A DNA stretch of 64,000 nucleotides, from the NCBI GenBank assembly GCA_043766715.1, contig JAYUHS010000176.1, positions 15,379 to 79,378 on the forward strand. The letters are read 5' to 3'. This stretch comes from Luteolibacter sp. (GTDB taxonomy: Bacteria > Verrucomicrobiota > Verrucomicrobiia > Verrucomicrobiales > Akkermansiaceae). Made by a program: the position numbers and the translations under genes. Positions 1-9,237 of the stretch are shown here, piece by piece (within the stretch, counting starts at the first letter, position 1; the number at the start of each line of letters is the position of its first letter). The notes under the pieces were generated by a model, which saw nothing but the letters and a program-made list of their open reading frames with translations, was not told the origin of the DNA and did no database searches.

Positions 1-1369
1 CGAGCCAAGGGGCTTCGGACACCGTCTCCAAGGCAATCGATTGCGCTTGTTCTGCATAGCCTGCATTTAGAAGTAAAAGGGAGACATATCCCTTGACTTG
101 ATACTGGAGCGGTCGGGTTTCAGATGTGAGTAACATCAGTTCCAAGGGATTCCCCCAAACGGTGGCCCAGTAGCGGAAATAGCCGCCGCAGACCGGGAAT
201 CGGTAAACCAGCAGCATCCCGAGTAATACCGCGAGCATGAGATTACTGGGTTTCGCTTCGTGCCTTGTCTTGGCGTAACGTTGGATCAGATTTTCACAAA
301 CCATCGCTAACATCACCGCGAGGCCGATGGATGGGATCGTTACATAGACGTCATAGATTGGCCCGTTGAAACAGGGGATGAAATTTCCGGATGGAATGCT
401 CGCGATCACAAAAAAAATGATTCCGAAGGCAATTTGTGGAAATCGTTTCCATGTGAAGACGGCCGCGACCGCAGTCGAGATCAGGAAAAACCAGCCAAAC
501 ACCAGCGAAAGAATCGATGCCGAGCGCAACCAAGTGTAGCTCCCTAAGAGCTCTAATGTCCCAAAGGGGAATATCCACATCAGAAAGTGCCGCCACAGGA
601 ACCACGGGGCGGATAAGATCATGTGAATCCCTTTAGTATCGGGGGAAAACCCGGAATGCATGACTGAGCCGCCAGCCTCTCTGGCCGAAAAATGATGTCG
701 GACGAGAAGAAAGGCCAAAGCCACAAGCGTGTAGCCTCCGTAACGAACGACGGTTTGCCGATTCCACAAAAGCCGGCGTTGCTGAAAATCCCGGATAAAG
801 AGAATCCCGGGAATGGCAATGAGAGATTCGTAGCAAAGCAGTGTCAGTGCATAAAACAAGCCGCATGCGAATAGCCACCGGAACGATGGGCGTTCGGCCC
901 AGCGTTCGTGGAAGTGGAAAAGGCAGGCGGCGAAGATCACTCCGATGCTGATGTTGGCACTGCTTACCCAAATGACAGTGGAGACGCAACTGGGGCTGAG
1001 TGCCCAAAAGCAGGTCGCCATCAACGCTGCACGCTGGGATTTCAAGCAGATGGAGGCGATTCTAAAAACCCCGGCCGTCGCACCGAGATAGGCCGTTAAG
1101 CCAATCCAATGCCATGCGACGAGGTTAGTTGCGAATGGCGCGGCGAGTTTAAAGAGAATGTTTTTAACAGGCCGATAATAGCCGAAGACATCCACGCCGA
1201 AGATCTCGGTCCAATGGGCAAGGTTTTTGGTTTTTTCAAGCTGATGAATATCATCGGTGAAAAGCGGCGAGTGCATCCCTGGCCATGCACAGAAAATCAC
1301 CGCCAGCATGATGATGGCTAGGCCGGTGAGGGTTTTTAGTGAATTGCGATCGAGAGTGACGGGAGCCAT
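1..1369 (-). CDS. Polytopic membrane protein, GT-C (PMT/ArnT/TMTC-like) glycosyltransferase candidate; 3' end lies beyond the window
   Basis: Absent from the ORF track because it runs off the window edge. Manual minus-strand translation from the ATG (complement of 1367-1369) is open all the way to base 1: MAPVTLDRNSLKTLTGLAIIMLAVIFCAWPGMHSPLFTDDIHQLEKT... It has many hydrophobic segments and an acidic DD motif in the first loop, as in GT-C enzymes. Confidence 0.55.
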   Translation of the reverse strand, partial: MAPVTLDRNSLKTLTGLAIIMLAVIFCAWPGMHSPLFTDDIHQLEKTKNLAHWTEIFGVDVFGYYRPVKNILFKLAAPFATNLVAWHWIGLTAYLGATAGVFRIASICLKSQRAALMATCFWALSPSCVSTVIWVSSANISIGVIFAACLFHFHERWAERPSFRWLFACGLFYALTLLCYESLIAIPGILFIRDFQQRRLLWNRQTVVRYGGYTLVALAFLLVRHHFSAREAGGSVMHSGFSPDTKGIHMILSAPWFLWRHFLMWIFPFGTLELLGSYTWLRSASILSLVFGWFFLISTAVAAVFTWKRFPQIAFGIIFFVIASIPSGNFIPCFNGPIYDVYVTIPSIGLAVMLAMVCENLIQRYAKTRHEAKPSNLMLAVLLGMLLVYRFPVCGGYFRYWATVWGNPLELMLLTSETRPLQYQVKGYVSLLLLNAGYAEQAQSIALETVSEAPWL

Positions 1370-1397
1370 CTGTTATTTTTGGGATAGAGTCGGCGAT

Positions 1398-2249
1398 TCA
1401 GAGTTTCTTGAAATCGACGAGAGTGGCCCTGACATCGCCGATGAAGGCGGCGGCCCGCAGCTCGACAGGGATGCGGTCGGCATCGTCGCTGAGCCACAGC
1501 GTGGCGTCTTGTTTCAGCTTCTTGTAGGCGATCAGCTCGGAAGTCTTGCGGTTGATTTTCCGCAGGCCGACGGTGACACGGATGGTGTTGCGGCCTTGAT
1601 GGATCTCGCGGCCTAGGACTTTGACGCGGAGCAGGTAGGGCGTATCGAAAGGATGGATGACCAAGGAGATCGTGTCACCGGTCGCGAGCTTTTGGCTGCG
1701 GACATGCAGCATGGCGGAAAATAGGTCGAACACCGGGCTCCATTCGAAAACGCGGTCCGTTCGCTTCCGGACGCCGGTCTTGAGTGGCTGGGTGATTTCT
1801 TGGCTCTCCACTCGGTTGGGGAAATAGTGGACGGTGGTGGTCACGGTCTCGCGGTGGTCCGTTTCCACGGCCTTGAAAAAACGCGGACGCAGGCTGGTGG
1901 TGGCCAGCTCGGACCAGAAATGGGTCTGGTAGGGAAACAACAGCGCTGCGGCCCCGTGGCTGGCGGCGGAGGAGCGGATGACATAGGAGCCCGCTTTCGC
2001 GACGTCGGGCGGTGCGAATTCGATACGAACGGTGCCGGCGTTGATGGTGCCATTCCAACTGACTTGGAAGGTGAGGGAAGTCGGGGCGGGCTTGGGAAAT
2101 GGTCCGGGCAGCGGTGAGGTGAGTTCGTCTTTCCATGACGGTTCCGCTCGCAGGCATGGCGCGAAAAGCAGAGCGCACCCGAGCCCACCGCAGAGGAAGA
2201 GAATCCTCTGGAACTGACTCCTGAAGCCCGTGCGGGACTTGTCACTCAT
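1398..2249 (-). CDS. DUF3108-like protein
   Basis: 283-aa ORF with an N-terminal signal/anchor (ILFLCGGLGCALLFAPCL). Layout and C-terminus (...AAAFIGDVRATLVDFKKL) resemble DUF3108. The ATG overlaps the upstream stop by 8 nt. Confidence 0.65.
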   Translation of the reverse strand: MSDKSRTGFRSQFQRILFLCGGLGCALLFAPCLRAEPSWKDELTSPLPGPFPKPAPTSLTFQVSWNGTINAGTVRIEFAPPDVAKAGSYVIRSSAASHGAAALLFPYQTHFWSELATTSLRPRFFKAVETDHRETVTTTVHYFPNRVESQEITQPLKTGVRKRTDRVFEWSPVFDLFSAMLHVRSQKLATGDTISLVIHPFDTPYLLRVKVLGREIHQGRNTIRVTVGLRKINRKTSELIAYKKLKQDATLWLSDDADRIPVELRAAAFIGDVRATLVDFKKL

Positions 2250-2736
2250 CAGACGCCGGTAGAACTGGCTCGGCGCGAGGTGGCAGGACTCCCGGGCCGC
2301 TGTCGAAACTGGTATCGAGCCGATCCTCGCTCACCGGCATGGGCCGGAAGGACTCGGAGTGGGTGTCCACTCGGAACTCGAGTTTCATGACGTCGCGATT
2401 CGTCTCCGCCATTTGATCGAGTAAATCTTGGTTTTGATTCTGGAGATTCTCCATTTTCTTGATCAGCGCCTCGTAGAAGTTTTTCTGGGCTGGATCGGCT
2501 ACGGGAGGTTTTTGCGAGGAATCAAGCTTGAGGGCAAGATCGGGAGAGATGGGCTTGGTCTGCGGCGTTTCGATCGGCTCCGTCGCAGCTTGCCTCGCTG
2601 GTTGCTCTGCTTGGACGGGAGGTCCTGCGGGGAAGGCGGAAACCCATTGGTTCACCGACCACCAATGGCTGGCCCCTGCGGCGACCATGGCGGCGAGGGA
2701 AATGCTGCAGAGGGTGGGAAGGGTAGCGGGCTTCAC
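2242..2736 (-). CDS. Hypothetical membrane-anchored coiled-coil protein
   Basis: 164 aa. GTG start forms a GTGA overlap with the upstream stop. N-terminal TM (LCSISLAAMVAAGASHWW), Pro/Gln-rich linker and a KKMENLQNQNQDLLDQMAETN coiled-coil-like segment. No family recognised. Confidence 0.55.
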   Translation of the reverse strand: MKPATLPTLCSISLAAMVAAGASHWWSVNQWVSAFPAGPPVQAEQPARQAATEPIETPQTKPISPDLALKLDSSQKPPVADPAQKNFYEALIKKMENLQNQNQDLLDQMAETNRDVMKLEFRVDTHSESFRPMPVSEDRLDTSFDSGPGVLPPRAEPVLPASDE

Positions 2737-3569
2737 TTCTTGCGGAGGGCTGCGGGTTTCGTTTCGGGGTGGGGCCGTAGCTCCGGTCTCGGCAGGGAGA
2801 TGAGAAGCTGCTGGAGGTTATCGATCGCGTTGCCGAGTTGCTTGGAGTCTTCGTCCAGTTGGCGGATGGAGGTGGCAAGAACTGCACCGACCGTCGCGGT
2901 TTGTCGATAACCGAGTGGGTGGTCGTAACCGGGTTCTGCGAGGGCTAAAACATTCGCACCATCTGCGTCTGGCACGAGGATATGAGGGCGGATGGTGAGG
3001 GTAATCCTAGCACCGGGGGAAAGCTCGACCTCGCGGGTGAAGGGTGGGGCATTGTCGGAAACGTCCAAATGCCAACCTGCTGGGGCGGCGGCGAGCGGCT
3101 TCGCGGGGAAGGGTGCGGTGAGTTTGACTTGGGCGGGATCGACGGTTCCATTTGCCGATTGTAGCTTCTCGACCCGCACCGCGAGTCCGGCCTCGGGGAT
3201 GGGAGAATTCTCCGAGGGATCAGCGGTGGTCAGGTCTGGTGGCTCGGGATTGGCGGTGGCTGCGGCTTCGGTGGGTGCGTCTGGTGGCTTGCTGGTACCT
3301 GCGTCTGCCGATTCGGTAGCAGGAGCTTCAGAAGATTTCGGTTCCCCTTCCATGGGCACGGCGGCAGGGGGCTGGTCCACGTCATCGAGGACTGCGGTGA
3401 CTTCGTTAGGAGCATTCTTGTCGCGGGTGTTGAATTTTTGGATAGCCTCCCGGACGGCGTCGCTCATCGGGACTTTGCGCTCGGTAGGGGCCGCGGAAAG
3501 AATCGAACCGGAAAGGGCTAGGCCTAGGGCAAGGGCTGGCAAGGCTGGGATGGTAGGGCGGAAGGTCAT
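2733..3569 (-). CDS. Hypothetical secreted protein
   Basis: The track ORF is 2733-3719. The internal ATG at 3567-3569 gives a clean signal peptide (MTFRPTIPALPALALGLALSGSILSAAP) and an ATGA overlap with the upstream stop. Pro/Ala/Glu-rich linker followed by a C-terminal domain. Confidence 0.6.
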   Translation of the reverse strand: MTFRPTIPALPALALGLALSGSILSAAPTERKVPMSDAVREAIQKFNTRDKNAPNEVTAVLDDVDQPPAAVPMEGEPKSSEAPATESADAGTSKPPDAPTEAAATANPEPPDLTTADPSENSPIPEAGLAVRVEKLQSANGTVDPAQVKLTAPFPAKPLAAAPAGWHLDVSDNAPPFTREVELSPGARITLTIRPHILVPDADGANVLALAEPGYDHPLGYRQTATVGAVLATSIRQLDEDSKQLGNAIDNLQQLLISLPRPELRPHPETKPAALRKK

Positions 3570-4375
3570 TTTTTCGCAGGTTGCATCTGGATCAGCTCGG
3601 TGGTGTTGAGGCCGGCGGGACGAGGGGAATCCGCCGTGTCTTGCTGGTTGGCAGGAAGGGCAGGGCTGTCCGCACGGAGGACCGTGGTGGGGATGGATCT
3701 CTCGATCATCCGGTTCCACGTCGCAAGGAGATCGACCCCTTCGGACCGCAGGGCGCGGGACTTTTCTTGATAATTTTGTAGCCGGAGCACTAGCTCCCGG
3801 GCCTCCGCCACTTCGGTTGCCGTCCAGCGTAATTTCCGGCTTTGATAGAGCACTGGCACATCAAGGTCGATTTTCGCTAACAGGCCGCCTGGGGCTTGGG
3901 CATTCAGGATATGCTGGACGCGGAGATTGGTCTGCTCGAAGGCGGCCACCGGCTGGCTAGCGGGGTGGGTCTCATGAGTGCTCACGGGGTCGGGACGGGC
4001 GGAGATTTTCTCGCCGGGCAGGTGATCCGCATTGGGCATCAGACTGGGCGGGGCCTCGACCTTGGAGGTTGAGAGGGAAGTCGCGGACGAGGGCGTGGGA
4101 AGAACCGGATTTCCTAACGAGAACGGCGGGGGGGCTTGAGAGGCAAGGATCACCGGCTTGGTGATATAGAGCAGGCAGAAAATTCCTGCGATGGCGGTGC
4201 TGGTAAAAAGTAACCACGGATAAGCCCGCTGGACCACGCAGGTGGAGAGGCGAGGATTGCCCTGCGGCGAGGACGCGGCGGCAGGACTTATGGGTTCGGG
4301 CAGTGGCGGGACCCCGCTCTCGCTCGCTGCGGGTTGCCGTGAGTGCTGGGAATCCTGAGCGGGGAGGGGCTTCAT
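3566..4375 (-). CDS. Hypothetical bitopic membrane protein
   Basis: 269 aa with ATGA overlaps at both ends. Pro-rich N-terminus, one TM (WLLFTSTAIAGIFCLLYI) and a C-terminal soluble domain. No family recognised. Confidence 0.6.
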   Translation of the reverse strand: MKPLPAQDSQHSRQPAASESGVPPLPEPISPAAASSPQGNPRLSTCVVQRAYPWLLFTSTAIAGIFCLLYITKPVILASQAPPPFSLGNPVLPTPSSATSLSTSKVEAPPSLMPNADHLPGEKISARPDPVSTHETHPASQPVAAFEQTNLRVQHILNAQAPGGLLAKIDLDVPVLYQSRKLRWTATEVAEARELVLRLQNYQEKSRALRSEGVDLLATWNRMIERSIPTTVLRADSPALPANQQDTADSPRPAGLNTTELIQMQPAKK

Positions 4376-4833
4376 GGTGGGGTGGCAGGGGTGGCTGGTT
4401 TGACTGCGGTTTTTGGCTCGGCGGCGACGGAATAGCTGACGACGGTTTGATCGGAAACTCCCGGAAAGGTGGTGATGGTCAGCGACTCGCGGGAAAGCCG
4501 CAGGTGGCGGAGCGTGCCGCCGACGTTGCTCATGGCTTGAAGCCCGGGGATCACCTCCAGCGCACCCGCCCCTTGGCGCTGGCGTCCGATGCCATCGGAC
4601 CGATAGATTTCAAAAGTGGTGTGCGCCTCGTCATCGCCTTCAGCAGAGACTCGGATGCGCGTGCCGTCGGTAAACACTTGGAAGGCGATCGGCTTCATCG
4701 GGATGGGAGTCATTTTACCGCCAGTCAGCTTGAAATGGGATTTAAGCAAAAAATCGCCGACATGTTTGAACTCAAGGGCCAAAGCCGCCGGTGAGAATAC
4801 CAGAATCGTGACAAATCCAAGGAGCCGCTTCAT
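4372..4833 (-). CDS. Hypothetical secreted protein
   Basis: 153 aa with signal peptide MKRLLGFVTILVFSPAALA. ATGA overlaps at both ends. Confidence 0.6.
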   Translation of the reverse strand: MKRLLGFVTILVFSPAALALEFKHVGDFLLKSHFKLTGGKMTPIPMKPIAFQVFTDGTRIRVSAEGDDEAHTTFEIYRSDGIGRQRQGAGALEVIPGLQAMSNVGGTLRHLRLSRESLTITTFPGVSDQTVVSYSVAAEPKTAVKPATPATPP

Positions 4834-5267
4834 TCGCCGACGTCCCAGAGAGAATCTGTGGCACCACCCGAAGGATCATATTGGACGCCACCTTGCGTGA
4901 ATTGAGGCGGGGAAACGACGATATTGAAGGTGAGGGCAGCACCTTTGAGCGGTTTGACCGTTTCAAATGCCGCCACCAAGGTCGCCGGGGCTGCGGCTGC
5001 GGGATTTCGATTCGGCAGATAAGGGATCAGCATCGCTTCCGTCAGATCGGTTACTTGGGTCATCGGATTATCGGCGAGATACATTCGCTGCGCGGAGTAA
5101 ACGGAGCGCAGGGTTTCCGAAGCCGCTCGACCGAGTTTCCACTCATCCATCTTGGAAGAGGTGAACAGACCGATTTTCGTAAGTGTCAGTAACACCAAAA
5201 TAACAATGGTCATTTCCAAGAGCGTCAACCCTCTCTTGGGTCGAACTGACGGACAATTGATTTTCAT
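4830..5267 (-). CDS. Minor pseudopilin / prepilin-type N-terminal cleavage-methylation domain protein
   Basis: Class III signal MKINCPSVRPKRG|LTLLEMTIVILVLLTL with conserved G(-1) and E(+5). Confidence 0.8.
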   Translation of the reverse strand: MKINCPSVRPKRGLTLLEMTIVILVLLTLTKIGLFTSSKMDEWKLGRAASETLRSVYSAQRMYLADNPMTQVTDLTEAMLIPYLPNRNPAAAAPATLVAAFETVKPLKGAALTFNIVVSPPQFTQGGVQYDPSGGATDSLWDVGE

Positions 5268-5322
5268 AGTGGAGTTTGGTTTAACGGGTTCTGACTGGCT
5301 TGGGAAGGTGGAAATAAAGTGA

Positions 5323-5736
5323 TCAACTGCGGAAGAGCTTGAGCGCGTCTCTGAAGTTTTTCATGAAATTCGCATCCTCGACGAAGCCTTTCAGATAGAG
5401 CAGCGTGAAAAATAAGCCGATGAGGATCAGGACCGTCGAGATGACCCACCAAGTGACCGACTTATCCTTGGGGGCGATGAATGGGACATACCACCCGGTG
5501 CGATCCACCACTTGGGTGGTGTACATCTGGCTGTTTTCTCTGAGCTGGAGGATCAGTTGGTCGGCGAGTTGGCTGCTTTTCGCGATGAACAGATACTTGT
5601 AGCGCTTGCCGGGGACGTCTGGGATCGGCACCTCGCGGATGCCATGCGGCAGGGATTCCGGTGGCCGCAGGGTGTGGATGTGGGTCTCGTACACCCACTT
5701 TTCGCGGAGCCAGCGGTCGAATCGGGTGAGTTGCAT
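5323..5736 (-). CDS. Hypothetical membrane protein
   Basis: 137-aa ORF with ATG start and one C-proximal TM (WWVISTVLILIGLFFTLLYL). Sits between pilC/gspF and the pseudopilin on the same strand. Confidence 0.55.
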   Translation of the reverse strand: MQLTRFDRWLREKWVYETHIHTLRPPESLPHGIREVPIPDVPGKRYKYLFIAKSSQLADQLILQLRENSQMYTTQVVDRTGWYVPFIAPKDKSVTWWVISTVLILIGLFFTLLYLKGFVEDANFMKNFRDALKLFRS

Positions 5737-5764
5737 CGGGGTCGGAGAGTTCGAGTGAAGCGGG

Positions 5765-6919
5765 TTAAATACCGCTTTGCATCATCTTCGGACCCATCAG
5801 GAAGATCGGCAGGAAGGTGCCGACAAAAACCGCCGCGATCAACATCACGGCAATGATGAGCACCACGAAGCTGACTGTCGCGGCGAAGGTGTCCATGTGG
5901 TTTTGGAGATCTTCTTCATACATTTCGGTGAGCATTTGCAACTGGGAGTCGAGCGAGGCGGATTTCTCACCGATCGAGAGCATGTGGGTGACTTGTGAAT
6001 CCACCGAGGTGTATTTGGCAAAAGCGGTCGAGAGCGGCACTCCGGAGTGTTCGTATTTGTCGGCAGCGGTACGGAGTTCTTCGTAAAAAGGCGTATTGCG
6101 GACGCTGTTGGCGGAGACGCGGATCGACTTCGCGAGGTTGATCCCATTCGAGTGGAGCAGCCGGATGGTCGAGAGGAAAGTGACTTGGCGCAGGCTCATG
6201 ATGAGCAGCCGTAGCAGCCGCCACTTGGACATGGCGAAGCCGAGGATGAAATTCCGTACCGTCGCTGATCGAGCGATGGTCACCGCGATGGCGATGATGC
6301 TGATGACGATCACCGGCCAAGTATTCTGGGTGAAGTGGCTGACCATGAAGGAAATGGCCGTCATCCCATCGGGCTTAGCGCCCACTCCCATTAGCATTGA
6401 CTCCACCTGCGGCACGATTTTCACCTGCGAGACGATGAATGCGCCGCCAAGGACGCAGATGATCACGCCGGGAGTGACGGTGGCCTTCTTGAGCTGTTTT
6501 GAGAAAAATAGCTCACTCTTGAGCCGCGCCGAAAGTGATTGGAACGCATGATTGAGCTGGCCGGCATCCGAGCCTGCCTGGACGAGGCCGATGATCGTCT
6601 CGCTAAAACGACCCGTGCGGCGGAACGCCTCGTGAATATTCATCCCGGCATTGATATCCTCACGGATGTGGGCGAGGGCGGCGACCATCGGCTTATTCGG
6701 TAGGCCTTGGCTGTAGTATTTCAGTGCATCCGCCGTGTTGATCTGTGCGCGCAGCATCGAGCCGAGGCCGCGGAACAAATCCACCAGTTCTTTTTTGCTG
6801 AACTGGCGAACCTTTTTGGGCTGGTTAAGTCCGGCAAGAAATCCCTTTTGCACAGTCGCTGGACCTCCGCCTTTGGTGGGTGGCGAGCTGGCGGTGAAGG
6901 CTGAATTAGTCGTGCTCAT
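5765..6919 (-). CDS. Type II secretion system F family platform protein (PilC/GspF)
   Basis: 384 aa with the two-repeat T2SF layout and three TM segments. ATGA overlap with the upstream ATPase gene. Confidence 0.85.
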   Translation of the reverse strand: MSTTNSAFTASSPPTKGGGPATVQKGFLAGLNQPKKVRQFSKKELVDLFRGLGSMLRAQINTADALKYYSQGLPNKPMVAALAHIREDINAGMNIHEAFRRTGRFSETIIGLVQAGSDAGQLNHAFQSLSARLKSELFFSKQLKKATVTPGVIICVLGGAFIVSQVKIVPQVESMLMGVGAKPDGMTAISFMVSHFTQNTWPVIVISIIAIAVTIARSATVRNFILGFAMSKWRLLRLLIMSLRQVTFLSTIRLLHSNGINLAKSIRVSANSVRNTPFYEELRTAADKYEHSGVPLSTAFAKYTSVDSQVTHMLSIGEKSASLDSQLQMLTEMYEEDLQNHMDTFAATVSFVVLIIAVMLIAAVFVGTFLPIFLMGPKMMQSGI

Positions 6920-8610
6920 TCGGTGTAAGTCATATCGATGACCTTGCTGACAGCCGCAAGGTCTGTTTTTCCTTCGCGCAGCAGCCGTAATCCGCTGCGT
7001 CGGAGGCTGGGAAGCACGCCCTCTTGGGCGACTTTCATTTCCAAGTCATAAGGACTCATTTCCCCTTTCGAGAGCATGTCGGAAATTTTCGGGGTGATCG
7101 GGATGATTTCGAGGATCGCCGTCCGGCCGCTGTAGCCGGTGTGACGGCATTCTTGGCAGCCACCATGCTTGGCATTGAACACGGCGATGGTCTCCCAGGT
7201 GTCATCAAGGCTGTAAATCTTGCGCTCGTTCTCCTCGATGCCCGGTGAGGGTTCTTTGCAATAAACACACAGCAGTTTTACCAAACGTTGCGCACACGCG
7301 GCTTTAAGCGTTTGCGCGATTTTCCAACGTTCCAGCCCGAGCTGTTCGAAACGCTCGATGATCTGCGAGGCCCGCGCGGTGTGGATGGTGGTCAAGACCT
7401 TGTGGCCCGTCACTGCGGCCTCGATGGCGAGCTCCGCAGACTCGATGTCCCGCACCTCACCCATCAGGATGATGTCGGGGTCAGACCGCATAAATGAGGC
7501 GATCATCGGCTTGAATTCCTTGGGGCTTTTTAAATCGCAATGGGTGATGCCGGGCACCTCATCTTCCACTGGGTTTTCCAACGTCAGGATGTTGACCTCG
7601 GGCCGGTTTAACTCGCGTAAAATGGCGTTTAGCGTCGTCGATTTCCCCGATCCCGTGGGCCCTGACATAACGATGATGCCTGCGGGGATTTTCATCACCT
7701 TGCTCAGGGCGAACATCGTCTCATCATCGAAGGCGAGCGTGCCTTTTCCCAGAGTGACGTTGATGTTGCTTTTATCCAGAAGCCGCATCGTCACATGGTA
7801 GCCGCGGTAAGTGCGGTGGCGTTCGTAGCGGATGTCGATGGGGCGGTGGAAATAGGAAATCGTGAACCGTCCAGAAATCCCCGGTGAGGTGTTGCGGATC
7901 TCGGTGGGCAACTTCATCAGATTGAGCAAGAACGCATCGAGGCGGTCCTTGAGCTTCATCGGGATTTCCACACGATTTCCGAGGTCGCCATCGGTCCGGA
8001 AGGTGTAGTAGAAATTTTCCTTCTCCACCTTGAAGTGGACGTCGGAGGAGCGCGTCCTCACCGCATCTGCCATGATCGTGGCGATCAATTGAGCCATCGG
8101 CTCGGCGTAGTCGGTCGTGACGTTGAAGTCATGGATGCCGTCGTCCATGTCCTCGACGTCGATGGCGTCGAGCTCAGACTTGCTCGGGCCACTGTTGGTG
8201 GTGACGGACTCGATCGCCCGGCTGATCTCTGTGGCGAGCGTGACCACTTTCACGATTTCCAAATCCGGAAACCGCGGTGCAAGGTATTCTTCCGCCAGTG
8301 GGCTCCATGGATTCGCAATCGCGACGATCAGCTTATCCGAGCCGGACAGGCACAGCGGGACGAAAAATCCGCGCGTCATGACCGTGGAGTCACAGGTCGC
8401 GTGCAGCGAGCCATCACAGAAATCCGCGACCTTGGGGAAAAATGGCAGCGAGTTGATCGTGGCAATCGCCGCCATGAAACTAAAGCGGGTCACCCGGTTC
8501 GGCACTTGGTCTTGGGCCAGCTCGGCATAGCTCGGGTCATGCCCAGCCAGCTCTGCCATGATTCGGCGGCTGATCGACTCGTTGAAAGAAATACCGTCGA
8601 ATTCGATCAT
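6916..8610 (-). CDS. GspE/PilB family secretion/pilus-assembly ATPase
   Basis: Walker A (MSGPTGSGKSTT), Asp/His boxes (ILMGEVRD, TGHKVLTTIHT) and a tetracysteine C-terminal motif (CVYC...CQEC). The track ORF extends to 8898, but the ATG at 8608-8610 (MIEFDGISF...) forms an ATGA overlap with the upstream stop. Confidence 0.9.
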   Translation of the reverse strand: MIEFDGISFNESISRRIMAELAGHDPSYAELAQDQVPNRVTRFSFMAAIATINSLPFFPKVADFCDGSLHATCDSTVMTRGFFVPLCLSGSDKLIVAIANPWSPLAEEYLAPRFPDLEIVKVVTLATEISRAIESVTTNSGPSKSELDAIDVEDMDDGIHDFNVTTDYAEPMAQLIATIMADAVRTRSSDVHFKVEKENFYYTFRTDGDLGNRVEIPMKLKDRLDAFLLNLMKLPTEIRNTSPGISGRFTISYFHRPIDIRYERHRTYRGYHVTMRLLDKSNINVTLGKGTLAFDDETMFALSKVMKIPAGIIVMSGPTGSGKSTTLNAILRELNRPEVNILTLENPVEDEVPGITHCDLKSPKEFKPMIASFMRSDPDIILMGEVRDIESAELAIEAAVTGHKVLTTIHTARASQIIERFEQLGLERWKIAQTLKAACAQRLVKLLCVYCKEPSPGIEENERKIYSLDDTWETIAVFNAKHGGCQECRHTGYSGRTAILEIIPITPKISDMLSKGEMSPYDLEMKVAQEGVLPSLRRSGLRLLREGKTDLAAVSKVIDMTYTE

Positions 8611-9191
8611 CGCTCGAAGTGTTTGTGAGTGAGGAAATTCCAGCTCTCGTAGTCGAGACGGGAGATGGTGACGAACGGTCGGATGCCGAAGCGTTTGTAG
8701 GCGGCTTTTCGGATTTCCTCGGCAAGGATGGTCGAGGCGATTGGATTCACTGAGGCGGTGCCGATCGCATCGGTGTCCTCGGCGTAGATCACGGGCGAGA
8801 GCAAGATCCGAGCGAGCTGGTGGATCTGGTCGAACGATTCGTAGAAGGCCGCTGGTGCGAAGAGTTTCCCGGCGAAGGGGATGTAGGGAGCGTTGCACTC
8901 CAAGGTGGCGGCGATCTTATTTCCGAGTTCCATGACGGCGGGGGCGAGATGTTGCTCGTCGTGGCCTTGGATGCGGGCGAGCGTTTCGAGAAGTTCGGAC
9001 GGTCGCTCGGAAACATATTCCTCGCGGACGATTGCCATGGCTTGCGAAATCTCGGCGGCAGTCCCGGCGCGGACTTGGTAGAGCACCTCTGCGGTGCGCT
9101 GTAGGCAGACGTCGGCGATGTCCCAGAGATCGCTATTACGGGAAGTTGGGGGGGACTCTTGAGCAGCCAAAAATGGGGATAAGGAAGGCAT
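8607..9191 (-). CDS. Stand-alone T2SSE_N-like (GspE N-terminal domain) protein
   Basis: 194 aa. The C-terminal half (IPFAGKLF...VIYAEDTDAIGTASVNPIASTILAEEIRKAAYKRFGIRPFVTISRLDYESW) has the pattern of secretion-ATPase N-terminal domains. Translationally coupled to the ATPase. Confidence 0.5.
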   Translation of the reverse strand: MPSLSPFLAAQESPPTSRNSDLWDIADVCLQRTAEVLYQVRAGTAAEISQAMAIVREEYVSERPSELLETLARIQGHDEQHLAPAVMELGNKIAATLECNAPYIPFAGKLFAPAAFYESFDQIHQLARILLSPVIYAEDTDAIGTASVNPIASTILAEEIRKAAYKRFGIRPFVTISRLDYESWNFLTHKHFER

Positions 9192-9237
9192 AGAATTACG
9201 GGAATTCTAACCGGGGGGAAGAAAACCGCAGAGTGGG

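Noticed and set aside
8611-8898. N-terminal extensions of track ORFs. This one is the ATPase to 8898; others are 2733-3719, 18221-19171, 19073-20863, 22452-22781, 35809-36825, 41235-42437, 46431-47165 and 60503-60925
   Set aside because: The extensions overlap upstream genes or intergenic DNA, have Arg/Pro-rich junk composition, and often begin at non-ATG codons. Internal ATGs give signal peptides, conserved N-termini or ATGA coupling.
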